64,000 nt of DNA from Deltaproteobacteria bacterium Ga0077539 (GCA_001465015.1 LNEO01000113.1:736-64735); one strand, 5' to 3'; shown: positions 37,204-47,938, counted from the stretch's first letter. Notes: generated by a model from the letters alone, not told the origin. Numbers and translations are program-made.

Positions 37204-40200
37204 GCACACGAATTCAACAAGCGCATCCAGCAACCATGTCTCGCCCTGCCACTGTGATCGCCGCTCGATGGCTCTGCGCCGCCCTGTCGATGGCCGCGAT
37301 CTCCTGCGCCGGCGTCGCGCGCAACGCCGCGGGAAACGAGCGCACGCTCGCCGCGCTTCGCGCCGGAGCGACCCGCGGTGACGCGGCGCTCAGACGGAGC
37401 GCAGCGCTCGCCGAGCTCGTCGCGCCGGGAGGTGACCCTGCGCGCGCCGAGTCGACCATCAACGAGCTCGCGCGGGCGAGGGATGTTCGCGCTCTCTTCG
37501 TTCGGGCGTCGACCGACGCGCAGCAGGGACGCTTCGCCGAGGCCAGGGACGGCTTCGTCGCGGTGATCGACCGGGCTCGCGAGCAGACGGGCGATCCGCT
37601 CGCGCCGGCGTTGGCCGAGCTTTCGGCGTCCAGGCTCGTGGCGCTCCGCGCAGATGCCGCCGGCTTTCGCGACGCCTACGCGCCGTTGATCGATCGAGTC
37701 GCCAACGACCCGGGCGCCCTCGGTTCGGCGGCGACCTACGAGGTGCTCGAGACCGCCGTGCGCTGGGCGCGCGAAAAGGGGGACCGGGCTGCCGCTGATC
37801 GCTGGACCCGCGCAGCGAACTGCGTGACGCGATGGCGCGTCGCAGGGGCCTTTGGCCCGCACCCGATGGTGCGCTTCGACGAGCGGCTCGATCCCGAGTC
37901 CACCGCGCCGCTGTCTGGCGAGTACGACCTCGGACCCGGCCGCGGGCGACGACCCGTCTACGACGTGTACGCCCGAGGCTGCGCGAGCAACCTCGGCAGC
38001 GGACGCACGCAGGACGGCGTGTTCGTCGCGGCGACCGACCTCGTGCTCGATCGGCAGGGGACCGGCGTCTTGCGCGTCGAGTCGCCCAACCCCTTCGTCG
38101 TGATCGTCGATGGCGAGGAGGTCGGCCGCGTCGACCCGCGCCGCGACCCAGCCGGAACGATCGCCGCCATCCGCCTGCAGCTCGCGCCCGGTCGCCACAC
38201 GCTGAGGGTGAAGCTCGCGTCGCGGTACTTCTCGCCGCTGCTCGTCGCGGCCTTCAGCGACGACGCAGGTCGTCCCCTCGGCGCGTTCGAAACCGCGAAC
38301 GCCGGTGCCTTCGCGGCTCCGCCGACGGTGCTCGAGCCAGAGGTCGTCGCCTCACCCACCGAGCCGTTCGAGCGCTTCGCGCGGGCGCTGCTCTCGTTCA
38401 GCCGACGCGACGCCGTCGCGGCGCGCGAGCTCTTGCGTCCGTTGGCCGCGGACGACGCGCCAGCGATGACGCAGCTCGCCTGGGCCGACGTCGTTTTGTC
38501 CGACCCGTTTACGCCCGCGCAGGTCGCGAGAGACCGCGCGCGCCGCGCCTTCGAGGCAGCGCGGAGGCGCGATCCGCGCGCGTTCTTTCCGATGCTCGCG
38601 CTCGCGCGCCTCGCCGCGGCCGATGATCGACAGGACGCCGCGCTCGAGCTCGCGCGCACCGCGAACCAACGGTTTCCCAACAACCCCGAGATCGTCGCGG
38701 ATCTCGCCGATCGACTGCTCGAGCGCAACTGGGAGGGCGAGTCGCGCGCGCTCGTCGAGGCGATCGCGCCCCGGCTCGGCCCCGACGTGTGCTGGCCCAC
38801 GCGGCTCTTGTACTCCCTCGCGCAACGACGCGGCGACGGGCAGACGGAGCGCTCGCTCGCCGAGCGGCTCCGAGACTGCGACGCGCTCAGCGAATCCTCG
38901 GCGTTCACCGCGATGCGACAGCGCCGCTGGGGCGACGCCGGGCAGGAGTACACACGACTGCTGGAGGGCGACGCCGACGCGCGCGCGCTCCGTCGCGCGG
39001 TCGCGGACATCGCGCGACAATCAGGCTCGTGGGCGGACGCCGAGCGAGGGTACGCGGCGATCCTCCGAGAGCAGCCCGAGGACGCGTCGCTTCGCGTCGA
39101 CCTCGCGGACCTGCGCCTCGCGCTCGGAGACGAGGTCTCCGCTCGATCGTTGCTCGCGCGGGAGTTCACGGCGTCGCCGTCGGAGATGAGCGAGCTGCTC
39201 CGCGCGCACGCGCTGCTCTCCAAGCGAGACGCGCTCGACGCATATCGCCTCGATGGCGCCGAGGTGCTCCGCGGGTACCGACCGCGCGCCAGGCGCTACG
39301 ACGACGGGCAGGTGCTCGTGCTCGACTACACCGTGCGCCGTGTGTTCGAGGACGGATCTGCTCTTGAATTAACGCACAATATTTTGGACCTCCGCACGCA
39401 AGAGGCGGTCGACGACCACGCGACGTTCACGCCTCCCGAGGGGGCGACGCTCACGCTGCTGCGCACGCACAAGGCCGACGGCCGAGTGCTCGAGCCAGAG
39501 GCGATCGCGAGGCTCGACGCGGTCGCCTACCCGGACGTGCATCCAGGGGACGCGATCGAGTACGAATTCGTGAGGGTATTTCCAGCGAATGAAGTGACCG
39601 CTGGAGGGTTCCGAAGCGAGCGATTCTATTTTCAGGGCGACTCGATGCCCTATGACCGCACCGAGTTCGTGCTCGTCTTGCCGAGCGCCATGGAGCGCCG
39701 ACTCGTGGTCTCGCCGCGAGGAGACATGCCCGTCGTCCAGCGGCGCGAGCACGGCGGCGCGCTCGTCGAGCTGCGCTGGGGCCTTCGCGAGAGCCTCCGT
39801 CGCGAGCCCGAGCAGATGAGCGTCAACACGCGTGAGTTTTCGCCCTCGGTCGACTGCGGCGTCGAGCGCACCTGGCCCCGCATGGTCGCCGCGATTCGAG
39901 AGCGCCTCGCCGAGGCATCTCCGCGAGATCCCGCAGCGGTGCGCCTCGTCGGGCAGCTGACAGCGTCCGCTTCACGACGGGCTGACAAGCTCGCGCGCAT
40001 CTACCGCTGGGTGCTCGGCAACATCGATCAGGACGGCGGAGGGACGCCTTTCGCCAGCGCGCCGACGATGCTCACCGCGCGCAGCGGTCATCGCGCGCGC
40101 GTGCTGCAGTACATGCTCGAGCTCGCGGACATCCCCGTGACGATGGCGCTCGCGCGCCCCGGGTTCGCAGACCAGACCGACAGCGAGCTCGCCGACGAGG

Positions 40201-41009
40201 ACGTGTTTCAGTCGATCCTGCTCAAGGTCGAGACCGAAGACGGAACGCGCTGGGTCTCGGCCTCCGATCGTGACGCTCCGCTCGGCTATCTCCCGCCGGC
40301 GGTGTCGGGACAGCCTGCGCTCTTGCTCGACGCGAACGCGACGCGCGTGACGCTCCCCGTGACGCCCGAGGGCACGCACTCGCGCACCGCTGAGGTGCGC
40401 ATGCAGCTCGAGGCCGACGGCGCCGCGACCGCCACCGTCGTCGAGACGCTGCGTGGCTCGTGGGGTGTCTCGTGGCGCGACTCGCTGCGGCGCATCGACG
40501 GCGCCAACCTCGAGCGCGAGTTCGAGGGCTACGTTGGCAGGCAGGTCGCAGCCGCGTCGCTCACGAGCTTGACCATCGATCATCGCGCGGACCTCGATCG
40601 AGATCTCACGATGCGCTACGCGTTTCGCGCGCCGGACGTCGCGTCCGTGGGCGAGGGCGGCGAGCTCGTGTTCGAGGGGGTCTTTCCTGCGGAGCTCGCG
40701 TCCACCTACGCCGCGCGTCAGCGGCGGACCGTGGCCATGTACCACCCCGAGACGGTCGACGCGACGCTCGACCTGCGCGTCTCGCTGCCGTCTGGCGCTC
40801 GCGCAGAGCTCCCGGCGCCGCGCGAAGTCAGCGCGCCTGGCGTTCGCTGGAACATTCGCTACGAGCAGACCGCGGACGGCTTTCGAATGCTGCGTCGCGT
40901 GCTCGTGCCGGGAGGCCGCATCGCAGCGAGCGACTACGCCCAGTTCGCTGAGGCGATCCGCGGGCTCGATCGCGCAGAGCAGCAGCGCGTGACGATCCGC
41001 CTGCGCTGA
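37200..41009 (+). CDS. Paralogous TPR + DUF3857/transglutaminase-like lipoprotein, triad degenerate
   Basis: ATGA overlap with the upstream stop; lipobox AAISC; same domain order; ARSGHRA / FQSILL / WVSAS at the Cys/His/Asp positions. Confidence 0.85.
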   Translation: MSTRIQQAHPATMSRPATVIAARWLCAALSMAAISCAGVARNAAGNERTLAALRAGATRGDAALRRSAALAELVAPGGDPARAESTINELARARDVRALFVRASTDAQQGRFAEARDGFVAVIDRAREQTGDPLAPALAELSASRLVALRADAAGFRDAYAPLIDRVANDPGALGSAATYEVLETAVRWAREKGDRAAADRWTRAANCVTRWRVAGAFGPHPMVRFDERLDPESTAPLSGEYDLGPGRGRRPVYDVYARGCASNLGSGRTQDGVFVAATDLVLDRQGTGVLRVESPNPFVVIVDGEEVGRVDPRRDPAGTIAAIRLQLAPGRHTLRVKLASRYFSPLLVAAFSDDAGRPLGAFETANAGAFAAPPTVLEPEVVASPTEPFERFARALLSFSRRDAVAARELLRPLAADDAPAMTQLAWADVVLSDPFTPAQVARDRARRAFEAARRRDPRAFFPMLALARLAAADDRQDAALELARTANQRFPNNPEIVADLADRLLERNWEGESRALVEAIAPRLGPDVCWPTRLLYSLAQRRGDGQTERSLAERLRDCDALSESSAFTAMRQRRWGDAGQEYTRLLEGDADARALRRAVADIARQSGSWADAERGYAAILREQPEDASLRVDLADLRLALGDEVSARSLLAREFTASPSEMSELLRAHALLSKRDALDAYRLDGAEVLRGYRPRARRYDDGQVLVLDYTVRRVFEDGSALELTHNILDLRTQEAVDDHATFTPPEGATLTLLRTHKADGRVLEPEAIARLDAVAYPDVHPGDAIEYEFVRVFPANEVTAGGFRSERFYFQGDSMPYDRTEFVLVLPSAMERRLVVSPRGDMPVVQRREHGGALVELRWGLRESLRREPEQMSVNTREFSPSVDCGVERTWPRMVAAIRERLAEASPRDPAAVRLVGQLTASASRRADKLARIYRWVLGNIDQDGGGTPFASAPTMLTARSGHRARVLQYMLELADIPVTMALARPGFADQTDSELADEDVFQSILLKVETEDGTRWVSASDRDAPLGYLPPAVSGQPALLLDANATRVTLPVTPEGTHSRTAEVRMQLEADGAATATVVETLRGSWGVSWRDSLRRIDGANLEREFEGYVGRQVAAASLTSLTIDHRADLDRDLTMRYAFRAPDVASVGEGGELVFEGVFPAELASTYAARQRRTVAMYHPETVDATLDLRVSLPSGARAELPAPREVSAPGVRWNIRYEQTADGFRMLRRVLVPGGRIAASDYAQFAEAIRGLDRAEQQRVTIRLR

Positions 41010-41073
41010 CGCGCGTCGGCGCTCAGGGCGCGTTGCCGATCAGCGCGCGCTGACAGGGGCGCGGGGCGGCGCG

Positions 41074-41808
41074 CTATCGATAGTTGAACTGGATCGCGTG
41101 GCCGCACACCAAGAACACATCGCCGTCGTCGATGCGCTTTTGCTGCAGCTTCGCGCCACGAAACTCGACGCCGTTGAGGCTCTGGTTGTCGAGCATCCAC
41201 CACGCGCCGTTGTGCTTCATCACCTTGGCGTGTTGCCTCGACACGTTGGTGTCGCGGATCACGACTTCGCAGACCTTCTGGCCGCGACCGATGAAGAACT
41301 CCTCTTTGTCCACGAGGTACTCTTGCCCCTCGAACGTCGCAAAGAGCTGCTTTTCGCGCGCCGGCATGGGCGGCGGCATTCGCGGCGGCCCTCCGCCGGG
41401 CATCGGGGGCGGCGGCTTCGGCATGGGCGGCATGCCGCCTGGACCTTGCAGCGTGCTGCCGGCCATCGGCGGAAGTGACGGGCGCGGCATCGGCGGCGGC
41501 GCGCCGCCACCGGGCATCGTTGGCAGCTTCGGGATCGCTGGCGCTCCGCCGGGCCGCGGCATCGGCGGCGGCATGCTCGGCGGACCAGCCATCGGGCGCG
41601 GCGCGGGCGCGGGCGCGGGCGGGGCTGTCGGCGCGGCGCGAGGCGCGAACACCGAGCGACCTTGCGCTTGCAGGTACGCGCGAATCGCCTCGTTTACGAG
41701 GTAGTCGACGCTCTGCTCGTTTTCCGCGGCGAGGCTCTCGAGCGACTCCCAGAGGGCGTCGCGACAGTGAAAAGTGCGCGGGCTCTTGCGGTTGGGGTCA
41801 TCCACCAT
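41074..41808 (-). CDS. RHH-like + Pro-rich linker + FHA domain protein
   Basis: RTFHCRDALWESLESLAAENEQSVDYLVNEAIRAY; FHA motifs FIGRG, NVSRQHA, DNQSLNGV. Confidence 0.88.
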   Translation of the reverse strand: MVDDPNRKSPRTFHCRDALWESLESLAAENEQSVDYLVNEAIRAYLQAQGRSVFAPRAAPTAPPAPAPAPRPMAGPPSMPPPMPRPGGAPAIPKLPTMPGGGAPPPMPRPSLPPMAGSTLQGPGGMPPMPKPPPPMPGGGPPRMPPPMPAREKQLFATFEGQEYLVDKEEFFIGRGQKVCEVVIRDTNVSRQHAKVMKHNGAWWMLDNQSLNGVEFRGAKLQQKRIDDGDVFLVCGHAIQFNYR

Positions 41809-41830
41809 CGGAATCGACCTTCTGGCGCGG

Positions 41831-42688
41831 TCAGCGGTACACGAAAGTCACTTCGTAATCGCAGATTTTGAAGACGTCGCCGTGGTCGATTCTCTTTCGA
41901 TCGATTTTGGCGCCCATGAATTCAACACCGTTTGTGCTCTGCTGATCGACCATCCAGTACTGACCGTTGTGCAACACGACGACGGCGTGTCGGCGCGAAA
42001 CGTTGGAGTCTCGGATGCACAGGTCGCTCGTCTTCTGACCGCGCCCGATGATGAACTCTTCTTTGGTCACCGGGTGATCGACGCCCTCGTAGATGGCGAC
42101 GAGCTGCTGCTGCGCTGGCGCTGCGCGATACGCGGCCGCGGGCGGCGCCATGGGTGGCGGCGCCATCGGTGGCGGCGCCATCGGTGGCGGCGCCATCGGC
42201 ATCGGAGGAACCTTCGGCGTGTTGGGCATCGGCGCAGGAGCCGCAGCGGAGGCGCGAGGCGCGCTTGGCGGGGCGCCAGGACCGGATCGCAGCGGGGGAA
42301 TCGCGGGCATTCCGGGACGCGACGTCGGGCCTGCGGGCGTTCCGACGGGCGGGCGCGCGTTGCCAGGGAGCGTCGGCATTTTGGGCGCTCCGCCAACGGA
42401 CGACGGCATCGTCGGGATCGCTGGGGTGCGAGGCGGCGCTCCGCCGACGGACGTCGCTGGAACGGGCGGACGTGCGGTGGGAGCAGGCGTCGAAGGCGCC
42501 GGCGGCGCGGGTGGAACGCTGACGCGTCCGCCCTGCTGTTGCCGCGAGCGCGCGTACTGACGCATCGCCTCGTTGATCAAGTAATCCACCGAGCATTCGA
42601 GCTCACCGCTCAACTGCTCGAACGTCTCCCAGAGATAGTCCCGGCACTGAAAGTGTCGGAGCGTCTTCTTGTTGGGATCGGTGGCCAT
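41831..42688 (-). CDS. RHH-like + Pro-rich linker + FHA domain protein (paralog)
   Basis: RHFQCRDYLWETFEQLSGELECSVDYLINEAMRQY; (MAPPP)n repeats; IIGRG, NVSRRHA, DQQSTNGV. Confidence 0.88.
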   Translation of the reverse strand: MATDPNKKTLRHFQCRDYLWETFEQLSGELECSVDYLINEAMRQYARSRQQQGGRVSVPPAPPAPSTPAPTARPPVPATSVGGAPPRTPAIPTMPSSVGGAPKMPTLPGNARPPVGTPAGPTSRPGMPAIPPLRSGPGAPPSAPRASAAAPAPMPNTPKVPPMPMAPPPMAPPPMAPPPMAPPAAAYRAAPAQQQLVAIYEGVDHPVTKEEFIIGRGQKTSDLCIRDSNVSRRHAVVVLHNGQYWMVDQQSTNGVEFMGAKIDRKRIDHGDVFKICDYEVTFVYR

Positions 42689-42760
42689 CGTTTCTTCCGT
42701 AGTTGTTCTAGCAAATCGTCGCGGGGAGAGCGGTGTCGATCAACGTCAACGAGCGACTCG

Positions 42761-44317
42761 CTACGGTGTGGGGCGCACCCTCGGCGCGGTGGCAGCCGCG
42801 GGTCCTGGGTTGAGCACTCGTCGCAGCGCTTCGCGCGCGCGGCGAGCGACCGGTCCGAGCGTCGTGAGCTGCTCGGCGCTCCAGCCGGGACCGGTGATCG
42901 CGGTCGTGTCGGCTTGCAGGGCCTCGATGCGAGCGGCGTCCGAGGCGTCGCCCTTGCTGCCGAGGAAGAGCAGCGCCATCGCGCGAATGTGCACGTTCGT
43001 GCTGGAAATCTGCTGGCGCATCACTTCGCGTGGTGGCGGCGCGAAGTCTCCGATGGCCACCGCGTAGCCGTTGATTTCACGGAACGTGTAGCCCTCGAAC
43101 GCCGGCTGGCCGCGCGGCACGGCCCGCGTCGCCGCGAGGTGCTGAACGAACGTCGGAATGATCGGCGCTCCGCCGAGCTTCAAGATCGCCTCGCCGACCT
43201 TCCAGCGCAGCACGTACTCGCTGTTGGCCTCTCCGCCGTTGGTCGTGTCGAAGATCTGCCAGAGCTGCGGGAGGATCGTGCTGTTTTGCGTCTCGCCGAT
43301 ACGGTCGACCGCGAGGCCGCGCAGCTCGACGTCCGAGCCGATGGTCGTGCTGGTCGCGATCGCGAGCAACGGCGTCGCGTCTTCTCGCGACACGTGCCCT
43401 TGAATCGCAGACAGCGCGGCCTTTCGTCGCTCGATCGGCGGACCATTGGTGCCAGCGAGGCGAATGAAGTACGCGGTCCCTGCCGGGCGATTCAGCGCGG
43501 CGAGGGCCTGGTGCATGATCGCGAGGAGGCCGTCACGAAGTCGTTCGGTCGCACGATCGATGCGAGGCCCGTCGATCGCGGTCCCCGCGGGAGCGCCTTG
43601 ACGCAACAGTCGCTCCGCCGCCTGGCGCAGCCGCTGCTGCGACGCAGGCCCGCCGATTTCGTCACACACCGTGACCATGCGACGGACGGCGTTGTCCTTG
43701 ACCGGATCGCTGCCGACCGTCTGGATCAACGTCGCGATGTTGTTCATCACGCGGACGGTGTCCTCGTTGCCGTTGATCCCCTGGACGATCATGTCGCCTG
43801 CCTGGGGACCCACTGCCTGAACAAGCTGCTCGGCTGTGTACGACCCGGCCAGCGCGCGCGAGTTGAGGTCGGCCATCACCCACTGAACGAGCTCGCTCGC
43901 CAGCTCTCGACGGTCGGCATCCGCGGCGTGCCTCAGCAGCACGTAGCCCGCGTCCTTCGCGCGAATCATCGTCTCTGTCGGCGCTGGCGCCGACTGCTGT
44001 CCCTGACCGCGCATCTGCTGCTTGAGCGGCTCGAGCAAGTCGTGGATGATCGCCTCGCGGTCCTCCCGCGCCATGACGCCGAGCGCTTGGTTGAGCAGCT
44101 CGAGGCCGTTGGCGTTGGGGTGCTTCATCTCGATCAGAGCCTGCGCGGCGCGAACTCGCAGCGCGCGCGGGTACTTCTGACCGAGGAGGACCGCGGTAAT
44201 CTTGCCCGGCCCGCGCACGGTGCGCTTCCAGTGGTTGATGTCCGCTTCCGAAACTCCGCATCCGGCGGCTGTCAGCAGGATCGCGGCAATTGCCGCGCGC
44301 ATCGCGCTCGTTCGCAT
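42761..44317 (-). CDS. HEAT-repeat-like lipoprotein, 518 aa
   Basis: Lipobox LLTAAGC; helical repeats LRVRAAQAL, RKAALSAI, LRGLAVDRIGE, RWKVGEAIL, IRAMALLFLG. Confidence 0.8.
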   Translation of the reverse strand: MRTSAMRAAIAAILLTAAGCGVSEADINHWKRTVRGPGKITAVLLGQKYPRALRVRAAQALIEMKHPNANGLELLNQALGVMAREDREAIIHDLLEPLKQQMRGQGQQSAPAPTETMIRAKDAGYVLLRHAADADRRELASELVQWVMADLNSRALAGSYTAEQLVQAVGPQAGDMIVQGINGNEDTVRVMNNIATLIQTVGSDPVKDNAVRRMVTVCDEIGGPASQQRLRQAAERLLRQGAPAGTAIDGPRIDRATERLRDGLLAIMHQALAALNRPAGTAYFIRLAGTNGPPIERRKAALSAIQGHVSREDATPLLAIATSTTIGSDVELRGLAVDRIGETQNSTILPQLWQIFDTTNGGEANSEYVLRWKVGEAILKLGGAPIIPTFVQHLAATRAVPRGQPAFEGYTFREINGYAVAIGDFAPPPREVMRQQISSTNVHIRAMALLFLGSKGDASDAARIEALQADTTAITGPGWSAEQLTTLGPVARRAREALRRVLNPGPAAATAPRVRPTP

Positions 44318-44673
44318 CCGTCCCTCGGGCTGTCCGATTCAAATCGAGACCCGCGCCGCCGTGTACCCCACAGGAGTCCCTCGCGGGTTCGTCGGAAACA
44401 GCGGGCTCTTTGCACTCTTCTATCGCGCGACCACGATGATAGAGGATGGCCCCTACGGGTCAACACCATACGCGGCTATGCGAGAGATTGTCGGTGTCGC
44501 CCAGCGCGGCTGCGAAAAAAACGTCCATCCGTTCGCTCCGTAGACCACGCAACGCGCCCGAGCCACCCCCGCCGAGAGGCGCTCGATCGAGCCAACGCGG
44601 GCGGCGGTCCATGGCCTGTCGGTTATTCGCGCCCTTCGGTGACCCTGTGGCATGGCCTCTGGGAGTCGAATCT

Positions 44674-47600
44674 ATGGTGTCCCGCGCTCGCGCCGCTCCC
44701 GAAAGCCCCGCCACCGCAGGACGGGATGACCGCTCGCCTGCTCCGCCCCGAAGCGCTGAAAGGCCCGTCGGTCCGCGAAGAACCGGCCCGTCCAACGGAA
44801 CGACCGGCGCGATCGCTCCCGTCGAGCCCCCACCTGTCGCAGGCAAGCGGCACGAAGTTCTCGGGCTCGTCGCCCTGGCGCTCGCGTCCCTCTCGGGCCT
44901 GGCGCTCGCGAGCTACGACTCGCGCGGCGGGCGGGACTGGGTTGGCCCGGCGGGCGCGACCGTCGCCGAGGCGCTCGTCGCGGTGCTCGGGACGGCTTCG
45001 GTTCTGGTCCCCGTCGCGCTCTTGGTGCAGAGCATCCAGTTTTTTCGCCGCACGACGCAGCCCGTCCGTCCGCTGAGAGTGCTCGGGACGGTCGCGATCG
45101 TCGTGACCATCGCGACCGCGCTTCACCTCACGCTCGGCGAGCGTCCCGTCCTCGGGCACCTCGCTGCTGGAGGCCTCATCGGCGTCTCGACCGGCGAGAC
45201 GCTTCGCGCCGTGCTCGGAACGGCTGGCGCGCATCTCGTCGTGCTCACCGCGCTGCTCGTCGCCCTCGTGGTTCGCACGCGCCTGAGCGTCGTCGCGTTC
45301 GCGAGGGGCGCAGGCCGCGCGGGAGCGAAGACGGGCCACTTCGCCAAAGAGGGCGTCGTGACCGTCGCGCGCGCATGGAACAAAGCGCGCGTCGAGGACG
45401 AGGCGTCCGACGACATCGCTGACGGCCCTCGCGTTGTCCCTGCAGAAGACCGCGTCGAAAAGGCTCTCTCGGACGTGCTCGACACGCACGATGAGGGGCT
45501 GGACTCGTTCGACGCACCTGCAGGCGAGCTGACTTCTTCGCGAGATCCTGCCGGCGCCGAGCTGTTTGCATCCAACGCCGCAGCGAGCCCAGCGGCGCTC
45601 TTCGCGCCCGAGCAGCACGACAGTCCGCCGCGCTCGTCGAACGGACCGCCCGACGTTCTCGCCCTCGACGACGCGTTTTCGCCTCCGACACCAGAGGCAG
45701 CCGCGCCCGTCGAGCTGTCCAACAAGAAGCGACCGAGCAAGAAGAGCGCGCCGCCGCCGGTCGCGCCCGCTCTCGGCGTCGCGATCGCAGCGCCCGAAGT
45801 GAACAACGACGGCGCGCGCGTCGCGCGAGCGCCCGTCTCGACCCCGCCGATGCCGCCGATCGTGATCGCTCCTTCGATGCAACCTCCAGCGCAGCTCGAG
45901 CTCGATCCCGCGCGCATCGCAGAAGCCGACAGCGCGCTGCTCATGGATCTTCCTCGCGCAGATACGAAGGGCCGTCCGACGCCTGTCGAGGCCTTGACCG
46001 CCGCAGACTCGCCCGCGCCAAAGCGCCGCGCTGCCCGCCGCGTCGCGCGCGCTGTCGTCGTCGAGGGTGACCCGCTCCCGCCGGCCGCGGTCGCGCCGAT
46101 CGACGCGGCCCCCGCTGTGATCGTGCCGCCGCCGATCGTCGCCGCACCGAAGCCCGCTCCACGCGTGAGCGTCTCGCCGCCGGCGCAGCCGACTCCACCC
46201 GCGACGCAACCGGCGAAGTCTGTCCCTCCGCCCGCGCCCACGGCGGACGTAGCCGCGCTCGATCCGCTGCCGATCGTGTCGCACGAAGAAGAGATCGCCG
46301 CGGCGCTCGAGACTCCGCCCGAGTCTGCGCCCCCGCCGCGCGTCGCGGTGAGCGCGCCGGTCGACTACCTCTTTCCCTCGGCCGGGCTGCTCACTGCGGC
46401 GCCGCGCGACGGCATCACGGTGGACGAGACGGCGCTGCGCGCCCAGGCCGAACGTCTCGTAAAGACTCTGAAAGATTACCAAATCGAGGGTGAGATCGCC
46501 GAGATTCACCCGGGCCCGGTCGTCACGACGTTCGAGTTTGTTCCGACCGCAGGGACAAAGCTCACGCGCATCGCGGCGCGCTCGGATGACATCGCGATGT
46601 CGCTGGCGGTGAACAAGGTTCGAATCGTCGCTCCGATCCCTGGCAAGGGCCGGGTCGGCTTCGAGATCCCGAACCCGTCGCGCAAGACCGTGTTCTTTCG
46701 AGAGCTCGTCGAGACCGAGGCGTTCAGCAAGCTCGGCGGCGCGTTGCCGGTCGCGCTCGGAAAGGACGTCGTCGGCGCTCCTTTCTTCTCGGACCTCGCG
46801 TCGATGCCGCACCTGATCGTCGCTGGCGCGACCGGACAGGGAAAATCCGTCGGCCTCAACGTGATGCTCTGCTCGCTGCTCTACAAGCGAACGCCTGAGG
46901 ACGTTCGACTGTTGATGATCGACCCGAAGATGGTCGAGCTCGCTGTGTACGACGGCATTCCTCACATGCTGTTGCCGGTCGTCACGGACATGAAGAAGGC
47001 CGCGCTGGCGCTGCGGTGGGTCGTCGACGAGATGGAGCGGCGGTACACGCTCTTCGCGCAGACCGGCTCGCGCAACATCGGCTCGTACAACGAGCGGGTG
47101 GCCAAGGCGATCGAGACGGGCGTTCCTTTGAAGGGCCTCGCGGGGCCGGTTCGAACGAAACAGACGGGAACAACCACAGACGTGTCCAAGTCCCCCGACG
47201 CAGCGCCGGACAGCGCTCCGCCGGACCCCACCCGGCTGCCGTTCATCGTTGTTGTCGTCGACGAGTTCGCGGATCTCATGATGGTCGCAGGAAAAGAGGT
47301 CGAAGCCGCCGTCGCCCGCCTCGCGCAAAAGGCCCGCGCCGCAGGAATTCACGTGATCTTGGCGACGCAGCGCCCGTCGGTCGACGTGATCACTGGCATG
47401 ATCAAGGCCAATTTCCCGTCTCGGGTCGGGTTCAAAGTCACCTCGAAGGTGGACTCGAGGACGATCCTCGACCAGCAAGGCGCGGAGAACCTGCTCGGAA
47501 AGGGCGACATGTTGATCCTTCCTCCGGGTTCGAGCGACCTGCGCCGTGTTCACTGCGCGTTCGTCTCGGAGGACGAGGTTCAAGCGATCGCCGACCACTG

Positions 47601-47880
47601 GAGAAATCAGGGCGTGCCGACGTATGACGACGAGATCCTCCGCCCGCGCGAGGAGGACCAGGAGAACGCTGGTGAAGAGCCCGAGATCAAGGTCCCCGCA
47701 GAGAAGTACGAGAAGGCTGTCGCCCTCGTGCTCTCGTCCCGACGCTGCTCGGTCTCGTGGATCCAGCGGCAGCTCGCCATCGGATACAACGTCGCAGCGC
47801 GAATCGTCGAGCGAATGGAGCGCGACGGCATCGTGTCCGCTCCGCGAGGCCCCGGAAAAGACCGAGAAGTCCTCGGTTGA
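44674..47880 (+). CDS. ftsK: DNA translocase FtsK
   Basis: 4TM N-terminus, long Pro/Ala linker, GPVVTTFE, RIVAPIPGK, MPHLIVAGATGQGKSV, IDPKMVEL, DEFADLMM, LAQKARAAGIH, ATQRPSVDVITG, gamma domain IQRQLAIGYN. Confidence 0.97.
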   Translation: MVSRARAAPESPATAGRDDRSPAPPRSAERPVGPRRTGPSNGTTGAIAPVEPPPVAGKRHEVLGLVALALASLSGLALASYDSRGGRDWVGPAGATVAEALVAVLGTASVLVPVALLVQSIQFFRRTTQPVRPLRVLGTVAIVVTIATALHLTLGERPVLGHLAAGGLIGVSTGETLRAVLGTAGAHLVVLTALLVALVVRTRLSVVAFARGAGRAGAKTGHFAKEGVVTVARAWNKARVEDEASDDIADGPRVVPAEDRVEKALSDVLDTHDEGLDSFDAPAGELTSSRDPAGAELFASNAAASPAALFAPEQHDSPPRSSNGPPDVLALDDAFSPPTPEAAAPVELSNKKRPSKKSAPPPVAPALGVAIAAPEVNNDGARVARAPVSTPPMPPIVIAPSMQPPAQLELDPARIAEADSALLMDLPRADTKGRPTPVEALTAADSPAPKRRAARRVARAVVVEGDPLPPAAVAPIDAAPAVIVPPPIVAAPKPAPRVSVSPPAQPTPPATQPAKSVPPPAPTADVAALDPLPIVSHEEEIAAALETPPESAPPPRVAVSAPVDYLFPSAGLLTAAPRDGITVDETALRAQAERLVKTLKDYQIEGEIAEIHPGPVVTTFEFVPTAGTKLTRIAARSDDIAMSLAVNKVRIVAPIPGKGRVGFEIPNPSRKTVFFRELVETEAFSKLGGALPVALGKDVVGAPFFSDLASMPHLIVAGATGQGKSVGLNVMLCSLLYKRTPEDVRLLMIDPKMVELAVYDGIPHMLLPVVTDMKKAALALRWVVDEMERRYTLFAQTGSRNIGSYNERVAKAIETGVPLKGLAGPVRTKQTGTTTDVSKSPDAAPDSAPPDPTRLPFIVVVVDEFADLMMVAGKEVEAAVARLAQKARAAGIHVILATQRPSVDVITGMIKANFPSRVGFKVTSKVDSRTILDQQGAENLLGKGDMLILPPGSSDLRRVHCAFVSEDEVQAIADHWRNQGVPTYDDEILRPREEDQENAGEEPEIKVPAEKYEKAVALVLSSRRCSVSWIQRQLAIGYNVAARIVERMERDGIVSAPRGPGKDREVLG

Positions 47881-47938
47881 CCTCGAGGCGCGCACATCGG
47901 CTAGTCGAGGCGGGCGGCGAAGCGGTACGGTCCTCCGT

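Noticed and set aside
47700-47880. FtsK gamma domain GYNVAAR instead of GYNRAAR
   Set aside because: A single substitution with the rest of the winged helix conserved; not enough to claim altered DNA-motif recognition.
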